Shown here: positions 49,530 through 62,186 of the stretch, in pieces
Position numbering within the stretch: position 1 is the first letter of the stretch
How the letters are laid out: each line of letters begins with the position of its first letter
NCBI RefSeq assembly: GCF_902713615.1
Contig: NC_052176.1
Location: 1,550,001 to 1,614,000 of the forward strand
Length of the DNA: 64,000 nt
Direction of reading: 5' to 3'
From: Scyliorhinus canicula
Lineage: Eukaryota
The notes under the pieces: generated by a model
What the model saw: only the letters and a program-made list of their open reading frames with translations
What the model was told of the DNA's origin: nothing
Database searches by the model: none
Made by a program: the position numbers and the translations under genes

Positions 49530-50578
49530 CATAGATACATAGACGATCGGAGCAGGAGGAGGCCTTTTGGCCCTTCGAGCCTGCTCCGCCATTCATCACC
49601 ATCATGGCTGAGCATCCAACTCAATAGCCCAATCCTGCTTTCACCCATAACCTTTGATCCCATTCTCCCCAAGTGCTACATCCAGCCGCCTCTTGAATAT
49701 ATTCAAAGTTTTAGCATCAACTACTTCCTGTGGTAATGAATTCCACAGGCTCACCACTCTTGGTGTGAAGAAATGTCTCCTTATCTCTGTCCGAAATGGT
49801 TTACCCTGACTCCTCAGGCTGTGACTCCTGGTTCTGGACACACCCATCATTGGTAACATCTTCCCTGCATCTACCCTGTCTAGTCCCGTTAGAATTTTAT
49901 AAGTCTCTCTGAGAACCCCCCTCATTCTTCTGAACTCCAGCGAGGAAAATCTCAACCTCATCAATCTCTCCTCATATGACAGTCCCGCCATCCCTGGAAT
50001 CAGTCTGGTAACCCTTCTCTGCTCTTCCTCGAGAGCAAGAACATCCTTCCTCAGAGAAGGAGACCAAAGCTGCCCACAATACTCCAGGTGTGGCCTCACC
50101 AAGGCCCTGTACAATTGCAGCAACACATCCCTGCTCCTATACTCGAAACCTCTCGCAATGAAGGCCAACATACCATTAGCCTTCTTTACCGCCTGCTGCA
50201 CCTGCATGCTTACCGTCAGCGAATGGTGCACAAGGACACCCAGGCCCCCTCACACAGTCCCCCCTCCCAATTTACTTAAAACATTTTTTTTAGAGTACCC
50301 AATTCATTTTTTTCCAATGAAGGGTGGCCAATCCACCTACCCTGCACATCTTCGGGTTGTGGGGGCGAGACCCACGCAGACGCGGGGAGAATGTGCAAAC
50401 TCCACATGGACAGTGACCCAGGGCCGGGATTCGAACCCGGGACCTCGGCGCCGTGAGGCAGCAGTGCTAACCCACTGTGCCACCGAGCCATCCCGCCCTC
50501 TCCCAATTTACAACCGTTCAGGTAGTAATCTGCCTTCCTGTTTTTGCTTCCAAAGTGAATAACCTCGCACTTATCCAA
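49530..50578 (-). mobile_element. CR1-clade LINE 3' fragment with a SINE insertion (about 50278-50485)
   Basis: DKCEVIHFG, RPHLEYCGQLWSP and RVVSLWNSLP motifs. Confidence 0.9.
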
Positions 50579-51794
50579 TAGGGACTTATCCAGTACGTAA
50601 TAGGGACTCCCTTCTTTTCACTCCTCGCTGTCTTACCAACGCGGTACCTCCAGAACCGGTGCTGCCTCCCTCGCTGGATGGCCCAATTCATTCAGACACA
50701 GAATAGAAACGAACGTGGCACCTGTAATGTTTCACGTCGGCCTGGAACAAGGCAATGAGGGATCGCATCTGAGGGAATGGAACGTTTCATTCGATTGCCT
50801 TTCGTTGAACCACGCTGAACTGTACAAGTATCATTGATGTGTGAAGTGCCTGTTAAAAATCATCTGAGCACTTCATACTGATCAGCCGGACGGTGCGCTC
50901 ATCAGTGATGTCAAGGAGCAGAGAGATGTGCCGAGAGTGACTGCTGTCGATGTGACAGTCTATTGTTTACATTGATTTTAATTTCCGCTGGTTCAAACCT
51001 TCCACTTCCTTACTGCCACGGGTTCACAAGGATCAGAGTGAAATTAAGTGAATTGCACATTGAGGAAACTATATCATTTTTTAAACTGCCCATGATTGAA
51101 CTCAGATAGGCGCCAGCGTTACCACGGAAACATCTCCAATTTCACTCGCTAATAAAGAAAGGATTGCACATAAATACTTGCAAAGAGATTTTTGGTATTT
51201 TATTAAACCACTTAATGGGATGCAAACTGTCTTTACCACTTAACGGACTAATTTGTACTGTTTGGTATTGTTCGTGGGCAGCGCGGTAGCACAGTGGTTA
51301 GCACAGTTGCTTCACAGCTCCAGGGTCTCAGGTTCGATTCCCGGCTTGGGTCACTGTCTGTGCGGAGTCTGCACATCCTCCCCGTGTCTGCGTGGGTTTC
51401 CTCCGGGTGCTCCGGTTTCCTCCCACAGTCCAAAGATGTGCAGCTTAGACGGATTGATCATGCTAAATAGCCCCTTAGTGTTCAAACAAAAGGTTGGGTG
51501 GGGTTACTGGGTTACGGGTGTGGGCTTGGGTGGGGTGCTCTTTCCAAGGGCTGGTGCAGTCTCGATGGGCCGAATGGCCTCCTTCAGCACTGTAAATTCC
51601 ATAACAATCGATTGGATTGGATTTGTGTATTGTCACGTGTACCGAGCTACAGTGAAAAGTATTCTTCAGCGAGCAGCTCAAACAGGTCATTTAGTACATG
51701 AAAAGAAAAGAAAATACATAATAGGGCAACACAACGTACACAATGTAAATACATAGACACCAGCATCGGGTGAAGCATACAGGGGTGCAGTGTT

Positions 51795-54582
51795 TTTTAT
51801 AAATGTTTTTTTTATTGAGTTTTCATATTTTATATATGACAAATTACAAGTTATTAGAGAGAGAGAAAAAAAAAAGGAAAACACAAAAATTTAACATGAA
51901 TATTTACAGGTAAGCATCTTCATAACAATAATTGTGGCCGCCCCCTTTAGCCAGCATACATATTTTACATTCCCCAATATGGCCGAGGCACATGTTTATA
52001 GGCATTTATTTATAGTTTGGTTTTGGGCCTTGGCTTGCCATCAAACCCCCATACCGAGCCCGTAGCCCCACCCCCCCTCGCCCCGGCTACCTTCCCCCAA
52101 TTCCCGTCCATTTTCCCCTGATTCTTGGCCACCCGACTATTCTTCCTCATGTACGTTGGCCACAAACAGGTCCCGGAACAGTTGCATGAATGGCTCCCAC
52201 GTTCTGTGGAAGCCGTCGTCCGACCCTCGGATGGCGAATTTGATTTTCTCCATTTGGAGAGATTCCGAGAGGTCGGACAGCCAGTCTGCAGCTCTGGGTG
52301 GTGCTGCTGACCGCCAGCCAAACAGGATTCTACGGCGGGCAATCAGGGAGGCAAAGGCAAGGGCGTCCGCCCTCCTCCCCAGGAATAGATCTGGCTGGTC
52401 TGAAACCCCGAAGACCGCCACTATCGGGCATGGCTCCACCCTCACCCCCACCACTTTGGACATAGCCTCGAAGAAGGCTGTCCAGTACTCCACAAGTCTG
52501 GGGCAAGACCAGAACATGTGGACGTGGTTGGCCGGGCCTCTTTGGCACCGCTCACATTTGTCCTCCACCTCCGGGAAGAACCTACTCATACGGTTTCTCG
52601 TTAAGTGGGCTCTATGTACCACTTTTAGTTGCGTCAGGCTGAGCCTTGCGCACGTGGAGGTGGAGTTGACCCTATGCAGTGCTTCGCTCCAGAGTCCCCA
52701 CCCTATCTCCATCCCCAGGTCGTCCTCCCATTTCCTTCTTGTTGCGTCCAGTACGGTGTCGTCCCTATCTACCAGTCGGTCATACATGTCACTACAGTTC
52801 CCTTTCTCTAGGATACTTGCGTCCAGTAGGTCTTCCAGTAGTGTCTGTCGTGGCGGTTGTGGGTACGTCCTTGTCTCCTTTCGTAGGAAGTTTTTGAGCT
52901 GCAGGTACCGTAGCTCGTTCCCCCCAGCTAGCTGAAATCTCTCTGTCAGTTCGTCCAGTGTTGCGATCCTGTCGTCCGTGTATAGGTCCCTGACTGTCAG
53001 TGTCCCCCCGTCCTGCCTCCACCTTTTGAAGGTGGCGTCAGTCAGTGCTGGTGTGAACCTATGGTTGTTGCAGATGGGAGCCTTGTCCGACATTTTGTAC
53101 AGGCCAAATTGCTGCCGCAGTTGGTTCCAGGATTGGAGGGTGGCCGTCACCACTGGGCTGGTGGAGTGTTTTTTGGGTGGGGATGGGAGTGCTGCCGTGG
53201 CGAGGGCCCGGAGGGAGGTTCCCATGCAGGAGGCCTCCTCCGCACGCACCCACTCGGCTTCTGGCTCCTGGATCCATCCCCTTACTCGCTCGGCTGTTGC
53301 CGCCCAGTGGTAGAATTGTAGATTCGGGAGGGCTAGCCCCCCCCGGATTTTGTTTTTTGTATGACCTTCTTTGGGATCCTAGCATTTTTACCCCCCCATA
53401 CGAACGCCATGATAAGTTTGTCCAGCGCTTTGAAAAAGGCCTTGGGGATGTAGATCGGAATGGATCTAAGCAGGAAGAGGAACCTGGGCAGTACGTTCAT
53501 TTTGATCGTCTGGACTCTCCCCGCGAGGGAGAGCGGGAGTGTGTTCCATCTTTGCAGGTCCTTTTTAACTTCCTCCGTCAGGCTGGTGAGGTTCCATTTG
53601 TGGATCCCTTTCTAGTCATGGGCTATTTGGATCCCCAGGTAGCGGAATTTATTTTGGGCTTGTTTGAACGGCAGCCCCTTTAGTGCTGCCCCCCCCCCCC
53701 CCCCCCCCCCCCCTTGCGGGTGTACTGGGAAGATCTCACTTTTGCTCATGTTGAGTTTGTAGCCCGAGAAGGCTCCAAACTCTTTCAGGAGCGCTATGAT
53801 TCCGTCCATGCTGCTTTGTGGGTCCGAGATATAGAGGAGCAGATCATCCGCATAGAGTGAGACTCTGTGCTCTCTACCTCCCCTTCGGATCCCCCTCCAA
53901 TTTTTTGCTGCCCTGAGCGCGATTGCTAGCGGTTCGATTGCTAGTGCGAACAGCAGCGGGGACAGTGGGCATCCTTGTCTGGTGCCCCTGTGCAGCTGGA
54001 AGTATTGGGAGTTGGTATTGTTGGTCCGTACACTCGCCATGGGAGCGTTGTATAGGAGCTTTACCCAAGCGGTGAACCCTGTTCCAAGCCCGAACCTCTC
54101 CAGTACCTCTATGAGGTATTTCTATTCGACTCTGTCGAAGGCCTTTTCTGCGTCCAGGGAGACGATCACCTCTTGTGTTCTCTCCCCGGAGGGGGTCATT
54201 ATCACGTTCAGCAGGCGCCTGATGTTCGCGGTAAGCTGTCTACCTTTGACGAAGCCCGTCTGGTCCTCTGTGACCACCTCAGGTACACAGTCTTCTAGCC
54301 TTTTGGCTAGGATTTTGGCCAGTATTTTGGCATCTGCGTTCAGCAGAGATATGGGTTTGTATGACCCACATTCCGTTGGGTCTTTGTCTTTCTTAGGTAT
54401 CAGCGAGATTGAGGCCTGTGCTAACGTGGGTGGCAGTGTGCCCCTAGCTAGCGAGTCTGTGAACATCTCCCGCAGGTGCGGGGCCAGCGCTGTCGCGAAT
54501 TTTTTGTAGAAGTCCGCCGGGAATCCGTCCGGTCCCGGCGCCTTCCCCGTCTGCATGGAGCTAATGCTCTCCATGATCTCTT
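51795..54582 (-). mobile_element. 5'-truncated L1-clade LINE (ORF2 RT, C-terminal cysteine-rich region, 3' UTR), inactivated
   Basis: KAPGPDG, RGTRQGCPLSPLLF, SLYADD and CERC...H..WSC motifs. 12-bp TSD gggtgcagtgtt (51783-51794 and 54583-54594). Stops at 54122 and 53612; frameshift near 53340. Confidence 0.93.
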
Positions 54583-55234
54583 GGGTGCAGTGTTAATGAG
54601 GTCAGTCCATGAGAGGGTCGTTTAGGAGTCTGGTAACAGCGGGGAAGAAGGTGTTTTTGAGCCAGGGTCCCGGGTTCGATTCCAGGCTTGGGTCACTGTC
54701 TGTGCGGAGTCTGCACATTCTCCCAGTGTCTGCGTGGGTTTCCTCCGGGTGCTCCGGTTTCCTCCCACAAGTCCCGAAAGACGTGCTTGTTGGGTGAATC
54801 GGACATTCTGAATTCTCTCTCTGTGACCTGAACAGGCGCCGGAATGTGGCGACTCGGGGGATTTTCACAGTAACTTCATTGCAGTGTTAATGTCAGCCTA
54901 CTTGTGACACTAATAAATAAAGATCAATAAAGATAAAGAGGTGGCTCACTTCTGATGTGGAATGAGGACAGGCACCAACACCTGCCACGTTGGCCTGTTG
55001 TACGCCTGTAAGACTGATACAGCGTGATTCCATATTGCCTGGCCATTTATTTCATCGCTGTTGGTGCTTACTTTAAGCAAATTGCTTTGAGACACACTGA
55101 GTACGTGAAGTCAACGTTCAAAAGTAAAGTTCCCTTTCTACTCGTAAGACGATTCCATTTTCAGACAGGTGTAGCAATGTTATTGGAAGGTTCAGGTTGC
55201 TAATTTTCCATTAAATTGTTCTGATAGAGAGTGG

Positions 55235-55868
55235 CGTTATGGGCCAGGGTTTAGAGAACCCCAAAGTGTATCATGGAGTTCACCTGACCCACAACTTTTA
55301 CTAGATTGTGGTATGGGGAGCACACGGCCCACTCTACAGGTGTGGTACAGCAGAAATGGAAAAGTATTTTTTAAAGCAAAACAATGTTTATTCTATGAAC
55401 TCAAGTTAGCCTTTTTAAAACATACAGTGAACATCTTAGCAACCATCGATTCAAATACAACCCCCAAAGAATACAACACTAAGTAATCCTTAATAACTTC
55501 CCAAACAACATCCAGAAGACAAAAGAAACACCTTTCAACGGAAGCACATCAGGTTTATATTCACTACTGAGAACATTTATAATTCTGAATTCACCAAATG
55601 ATCAAGAGATGGTCTTTTCATGGCAGAGAGATCAACAGTACACCTGCTCTGTCTGGCTTCAGCTCCAACACTGAAAATGAAACGAAAACACACCCTGCAG
55701 CAAACAGCCTAAAATGAAAGTAAAAAGCTGACAGACAGCCCAGCTCCATCCACTCTCTGGCATCACTGCAGTAGTAAACACCCATTTCTTAAAGGTACTC
55801 TCACGACAGATATTTATATACACACCCATTTACAAACACCCATTTCTTAAAGGTACTCTCACATGACA
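55235..55868 (-). mobile_element. Solo LTR (Gypsy-like, 4-bp TSD)
   Basis: Termini (c)gttatggg...acatgaca; TSD gtgg on both sides; same family as 62680-63908. Confidence 0.8.
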
Positions 55869-55884
55869 GTGGGGCCCGCGGATT

Positions 55885-56520
55885 GACTGATTGATTTGAT
55901 TTATTGTCACATGTACCGAAGTACAGTGAAAAGTATTTTTCTGCGGCCGAGGGAACGTACACAGTGCGTACATAGTAGACAAAAGAGAATAATCAACAGA
56001 GAATATTGACAAATGGTACATTGACAAACAGGGATTGGTTACAGTGCGGAACAAGGGGCCAAACAAAGCAAAATACATGAGTAAGAGCAGCATAGGGCGT
56101 CGTGAATAGTGTTCTTACAGGGAACAGATCAGTCCGAGGGGGAGTCGTTGAGGAGTCTGGCAGCTGTGGGGAAGAAGCTGTTCCTATGTCTGGATGTACG
56201 GATCTTCAGACTTCTGTACCTTCTGCCTGATGGAAGTGTCTGGAAGAGGGCAAAGCCTGGGTGGGAGGGGTCTCTGATAATGCTGCCTGCCTTCCTGGGG
56301 CAGCGGGAGGTATAGACAGAATCAATGGGAGGGTGGTGTTGGGCTGAGTTCCCCACACTCTGCAGTTTCTTGCGGTCCTGGGCCGAGCAGTTGCCATACC
56401 AGGCTGAGATGCAGCCGGATAGGATGCTCTCTATGGCACAGCTGTAGAAATTTGTGAGAGTCGATGCAGCCATGCCAAATTTCTTTTGCTTCCGTCGGAA
56501 GTAGAGACGTTTTTGGACCT
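55885..56520 (-). mobile_element. Rex1/Babar-type LINE 3' fragment (related copy near 30785-31330)
   Basis: ESILSGCISAWYGNCS...LPSGRRYRSL...NSFFPTAARLLN. Confidence 0.85.
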
Positions 56521-56617
56521 CTGTCCGGCATTTAAGCTAAAAAGAGTTCTGACGTAGCCTTGTGACGCTGGTCCTGCATTGTCATTGTCTCAATGGGTCT
56601 GCATTTCCTCCTTGCAG

Positions 56618-56734
56618 GAGAAAGGTTTAAGCAGCCGTCATCGCACTACGCGAGGGACGACATTATGAATCAAAAGCTTTCGCTCTTGCAGGACGACATC
56701 ACCAAGCTGGAAGTCGACGCGGTTGTCAACGCAG
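56618..56734 (+). CDS. MACROD1: MACROD1 exon 3 (117 nt, start of macrodomain); gene continues beyond the window
   Basis: ttgcag|GA; (G)ERFKQPSSHYARDDIMNQKLSLLQDDITKLEVDAVVNA; G|GTTGGT. DITKLEVDAxVNA is the macrodomain signature. Confidence 0.93.
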
Positions 56735-57290
56735 GTTGGTACATTGGCAGCTAGGTGGCCTGCAAGTGTACAAGAGCAGAATGGCAAGAATGGTAAATAA
56801 ATACTGCACCATCGACTGGATTCAAGCCTGGCTCATCCACTCGATGGTGCAATGCATGATCCTGTTAAAGCACCCACCTGGTTAAAGGCACCGGTAGGGA
56901 AAATCCCTTTCCCATTCGGGAAAGCGCTGGGAACCTTGCTCTCATCCCAGACTTGACACTTAGTCGCTGCCAATCTGGACCTCAAAATTAAGATAATTCA
57001 GTCCTACTCTCCCTTATGTTTCTTGCCAGATGTATGTGCCGTGTCCTTAGTTTTGTGCGGAGGGCCATCTATAATGCAGTGTTTCATTGTTCGATGACAA
57101 TGTTTCCTGTGGGAAGGATGTCGAGAGTGTATAATGCACATTCACAAGAATGCTGCCTAGTTCAGCAGGAAGCAACACACAGACAGAAAGATTATGAAAA
57201 ATCGGGGCCGATTTGGTTTGAAGAATTGAAATGATGGGGTGACCTTAATAGAAACGTTGCAACTTGTGAAAGGGATGGGGATAACGGGTT

Positions 57291-58174
57291 TGTAGCCACC
57301 TGGGGTGGCCACTGCCCAACACGAAATGGAAGATTGCAAGGAATGCAGGGAAAATGGACATGTTGTAAAGCAAGCACCTTGCAAAGCGATTGTATATTGG
57401 GACGGCTGTAGAAACCAGGTTTGACTGCTGCAGAAACCAGACAGCACTGTGAAAAGAAACCAGTTAACATACTAATGAGGCGATACCGGGCGATCCCCAG
57501 GTACAACAGAAGCAAGTTAAACACAGATCGATACATTCTATGGAAGGCCAGACTTTCGGCGCCAGAGGAGCCCAAAACAATAAGTCCCAAGAACCGCCCC
57601 AGCGACCGAGGAACTGCCCCATGATTGGGGGGTTCAAACATAATCGATTGGGAAGAGACCCAATCGATTCCAAGCAGGTAAAGGAGTCTGCCCAAAGGGG
57701 CGCGGATCCCCTGGGACCTATAAAAGAAAGGTCCCACACATGGTTCAGTCTCCTGGCTCCTGTCTCCTGATCCAGCCTTCGGACAGCAGCCACGAACAAG
57801 TAAGTGCCTCCCAACGACCGCTACCAGAGATAGGCACTCCTGACCCTCTTTTTAATTGATATCAACCTGAAGTCTGCAGACCAGAGCAGAGCAAGAGGCC
57901 TTGTTCCCTGACTCAGCGGTTCTTTCGAGATAAGTATTAGTTGTTTAGCGGTAGGAATAAGTTTAATCCTTTTAGCGTGTGCATGGGTAGTTATTATAAT
58001 TGTATTATAATAAACTCTAGTTGTTTGGACTTACTAATTGGTGTGCGGTTTTATTGCTTTGAACTTCACCTTGAAACTTGTGGCGGTGTCTTAACGACAC
58101 CTGGCGACTCCAGAGCTTAGACAAGAAACAGAGCCAAATTGAGTGTTCAGCACACTCACCCAGAACGATCGACA
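57291..58174 (+). mobile_element. Solo LTR (884 bp) of a second family
   Basis: TG...CA termini; near-TSD ggtt/ggat; TATAAAA 57719; AATAAA 58009; interrupts a degenerate CR1 copy. Confidence 0.7.
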
Positions 58175-58242
58175 GGATGGAAGTGCTTCGCACGACTGAG
58201 GTCTAGAGTGGGACGACACAGCTAACAAGGTTATAAGTGCAA

Positions 58243-58455
58243 GCCATGATGTGGAGATGCCGGCGCTGGACTGGGGTGGGCACAGTAAGAGGTCCCACAA
58301 CACCAGGTTAACGTCCCAACTGCTTTATTTGGAATCACTAGCTTTCGGAGCGCTGCTCCTCCATCAGGTGAAGTGGAGGCAGGTTCACTAACACAGCAGC
58401 GATAGGCAGAGCCACAGTTACAGACAGGAGTGAGGGACAATCACAGGTAATCACA
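58243..58455 (-). mobile_element. Penelope-like terminal repeat with a hammerhead-like motif
   Basis: Minus strand ttcac CTGATGG a ggagc agc gctcc GAAA gc TA gtga, followed by AATAAA. Confidence 0.65.
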
Positions 58456-60164
58456 TCCCTCACTCCACTCGCACTGCTTGTACCCTTGTTTACCCGTAAA
58501 GACTCGTAGTCCAATCATTCTTCACATTCCAATTTGTAATTAACTTGCCGGTAGTGGTTAGCACTGCTGCTTCACAGCACCAGGGTCCCGGGTTCGATTC
58601 CCGGTTTGGGTCACTGTCTGTGCGGAGTCTGCACGTTCTCCCCCGTGTCTGCGCGGGTTTCCTCCGGGCGCTCCGGTTTCCTCCCACAAGTCCCGAAAGA
58701 CGTGCTTGTTGGGCGAATCGGACATTCTGAATTCTCCCTCCGTGTCCCCGAACAGGCGCCGGAATGTGGCGACGAGGGGATTTTCACAGTAACTTCATTG
58801 CGGTGTTCGCGTAAGCCTACTCGTGACAATAAAGATCATTAAAAAAGAAAGCTGCACTTGGCGCAGTGGTTAGCACTGGAACTACGGCGCTGAGGACCCG
58901 GGTTCGATCCCGGCTCTGGGACACTGTCCGTGTGGAGTTCGCACATTCTCCCCCGTGTCTGCGTGGGTTTCACCCCCACAACCCAAAAGATGTGCCGGCT
59001 AGGTGGATTGGCCACGCGAAATTGCCCCTTAATTGGAAAAAAAAATTGGGCACTCTAAATTTATAAAAAACAAATGTGCCGTGTCCTTAGTTTTGTGCGG
59101 TGGACCATCTATAATGCAGTGTTTCATTGTTCGATGACAATGTTTCCTGTGGGAAGGATGTCACGATAGTATAGAGTGTATAATGCACATTCACAAGAAT
59201 GCTGCCTGGAAAAAAAAATTGGGCACTCTAAATTTATAAAAAACAAATGTAAGTGCTTATAAATTGGGGACCAGGGCAATCTCTCTAGCCAGGTAACTGT
59301 CTGAGGCTGTGGACCGCAGGGTCAGAGATGGCAGCGGAAGGAGCCACCACGTCAGCTGTTAAGAGTAGGTGAGAAAGAAAGGCACTTGAAGTGGACTTGG
59401 AAACAGAAGGCACGAGGGATTAGGACAACTGCTGCTCGGGAGGGTGATGCACCGCCTGCATTGCATTGCAACATCTGCGTAATTCTGTGCGACTGGAACG
59501 GGCTTCCTTGGCTCTGGTTCAGCCGCCGTTAAGGGGGCTTCGGGGGCACCTCCAGTGTGGCACTTCATTTCAGACGGCGATGGCTGCTACCTAACCTAAT
59601 TCGTCTTCACTCGCCCGACTGCTACCCCTACCATCCCTATCCATTTCCCTGTCGAGCTCGAGTGCATCCAATTGCCGCACTGTTTAAAAAAAAAAAAATT
59701 CAATCTCATTCCCCCAGAGCTGGATTTTAATTGAAAAGCAAGCACCTGTCTGGTACCATGGACAGCTCTGATCAGGTTTCTTCTGCAGCATCGTGTTAAC
59801 AGCCCATTCACATTAGGAGCACGGATAAGCTGGAAAGGTGATATCTGTGTGCTTAACACACTGTGCATGAAAATACCTGGATAATGGTTCTTAACTTTTG
59901 GGATGGTGATGCGGCTTTGCGGCTCAATAGCAGGCAGCCTTGACTTTTCTGATCAGCACTCGGTGAAACCTCTTCTGAAGCCGAACAGATTCAAAGCCTG
60001 ACCTTTAAAAATACGCGTTTTTTCCCCCCCATTAAATCTGTGTCCCTTGGTAAGGCAGCGTGAACGAGTGATTATGATTTTCTCCTGGTTCTCATAGTGG
60101 AGGGAACATGTTTTTCAAACCCCATTTCAAGCCTCACAAGAGAGTTCAAACTTATGCCACGCTC

Positions 60165-60765
60165 TGAGGCTGTATCAGGCTCTGGGCAGACCCCGTTTGG
60201 AGTATTGTGAGCGGTTTTGTGCCCCCGTATCTAAGGAAGGATGTGCCGGGACCTTGGAAAGGGTCCAGAGGGAGGTTCACAAGAATGATCCCCGGAATGA
60301 AGAGCTTGTCGTATGAGGAACGGTTGAGGACTCTGGGTCTGTACTCGTTGGGAGTTTAGAAGGATGAGGGGGGGGGGGGGGGGGGGGGGGGGATCTTATT
60401 GAAACTTACAGGATACTGCGAGGCCTGGATAGAGTGGACGTGGAGAGGATGTTTCCACTAGTCGGAGAAACTAGAAGCAGAGGGCGCAATCTCAGACTAA
60501 AGGGACGATCCTTTAAAACAGAGATGAGGAGGAATTTCTTCAGCCAGAGGGTGGTGAATCTGTGGAACTCTTTGCCGCAGAAGGCTGTGGAGGCCAAATC
60601 ACTGAGTGTCTTTAAGACAGAGATAGATAGGTTCTTGATTAATAAGGGGGTCAGGGGTTATGGGATGAAGGCAGGAGAATGGGGATGAGAAAATATCGGC
60701 CTTGATTGAATGGCGGAGCAGACTCGATGGGCCGAGTGGCCTAATTCTGCTCCTATGTCTTATGG
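60165..60765 (+). mobile_element. CR1 3' fragment, same subfamily as 4700-5560
   Basis: Closely similar ORF end (FFSQRVVNLWNSLPQKAVEAKS) and tail. Confidence 0.9.
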
Positions 60766-60894
60766 TCAGAGGTAACATGCTGGTTGCATCTTTGAAATTT
60801 TAGCACAATGGGCTAAGGGCGGCAGGGTGGGTAGGGAGGAACGATGTGCTCGCCAAATGTGGTGTGAACAGAGGCCCTCGTCAGCACTGCGTTA

Positions 60895-61550
60895 TTGGAT
60901 TAGATTTGTTTATTGTCATGTGTACCGAGGTACAGTGAAAAGTACAGGCAGATCATTAAGTACATGAAAAGAAAAGGAAATAAAAGAAAATACATAATAG
61001 AGCAACACGAGGTTTACAATGTAAATACATAGACACCGGCATCGGATGAAGCATACAGGGGTGTAGTGTTAATCAGGTCAATCCATAAGAGGACTCGTTT
61101 AAGAGTCTGGTAACAGTGGGGAAGAAGCTGTTTTTGAGTCAGTCCGTGCGTGTTCTCAGACTTCTGTATCTCCCGCCCGATGGAAGAAGTTGGAAGAGTG
61201 AGTAAGCCGGGTGGGAGGGATCCTTGATTATGCTGCCCGCTTTCCCCAGGCAGCGGGAGGTGTAGATGGAGTCAATGGATGGGAGGCAGGTTCGTGTGAC
61301 AGACTGGGCTGTGTTCACGACTCTCTGAAGTTTCTTGCGGTCCTGGGCCGAGCAGTTGCCCTACCAGGCTGTGATGCAGCCCAATAGGCTGCTTTCTATG
61401 GTGCATCTGTAAAAGTTGGTACGGGTTAATGTGGACATGCCGAATTTCCTTAGTTTCCTGAGGAAGTATAAGCGCTCTTGTGCTTTCTTGGTGGTAGCGT
61501 CGAAGTGGGTGGACCAGGACAGATTTTTGGTGATGTGTACCCCGAGGAAT
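60895..61550 (-). mobile_element. Rex1/Babar-type LINE 3' fragment
   Basis: Same ORF end and 3' UTR as 47550-48290. Confidence 0.85.
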
Positions 61551-62186
61551 TATGCTTCTTTACCCGTTAGCGTTTCTCATGATGCTTCGCAATCTGACCC
61601 CACTCCACTGCGCTCCTAACACGTTGATTACACTGGACACCAAAGCAGCTTAAAAAAGCACAATATCCGCGTTTGTCAGCTGGTAGCGCGTCCACCTCTG
61701 GGTCACAAGTTTTCAAGTTCCAGTCCCCCTCCAGGGCTTGATGCGCTGGTGAACACAGAGGAATCCTGACAGTGCAGAAGGAGGCCATTCGGCCCATAGG
61801 GTCTGCCCCCGACCCTCTGAAAGAGCACCCCGACCTAGCCCACTCCCCCACACTATCCCCGTAACCCCACCTAACCGGCACGCCTTTGGACTGCGGGAGG
61901 AAACCGGAGCACCCGGAGGAAACCCACGCAGACACGGGGGGGGGGGGGGGGGAGAACGGGCAGACGGTCACCCGAGGCTGGAATCGAACTGGGTCTCTGA
62001 GACGGCATTGCTGACCGCTGTGCCAGCCTGCCGCCCCGGTGAAGGTGACAATTCCTACGAATGAGACTTAGAAACTGGAACAGGCCCTGTCTGCCGGGTG
62101 AAGACGGAAGACTCCGCCACACTATTGCAAAGAAGGGCAGGAGGGGAGTTCTCCCTGCGGTCCTTGAGCCTTCCTGCAAAGCCACG

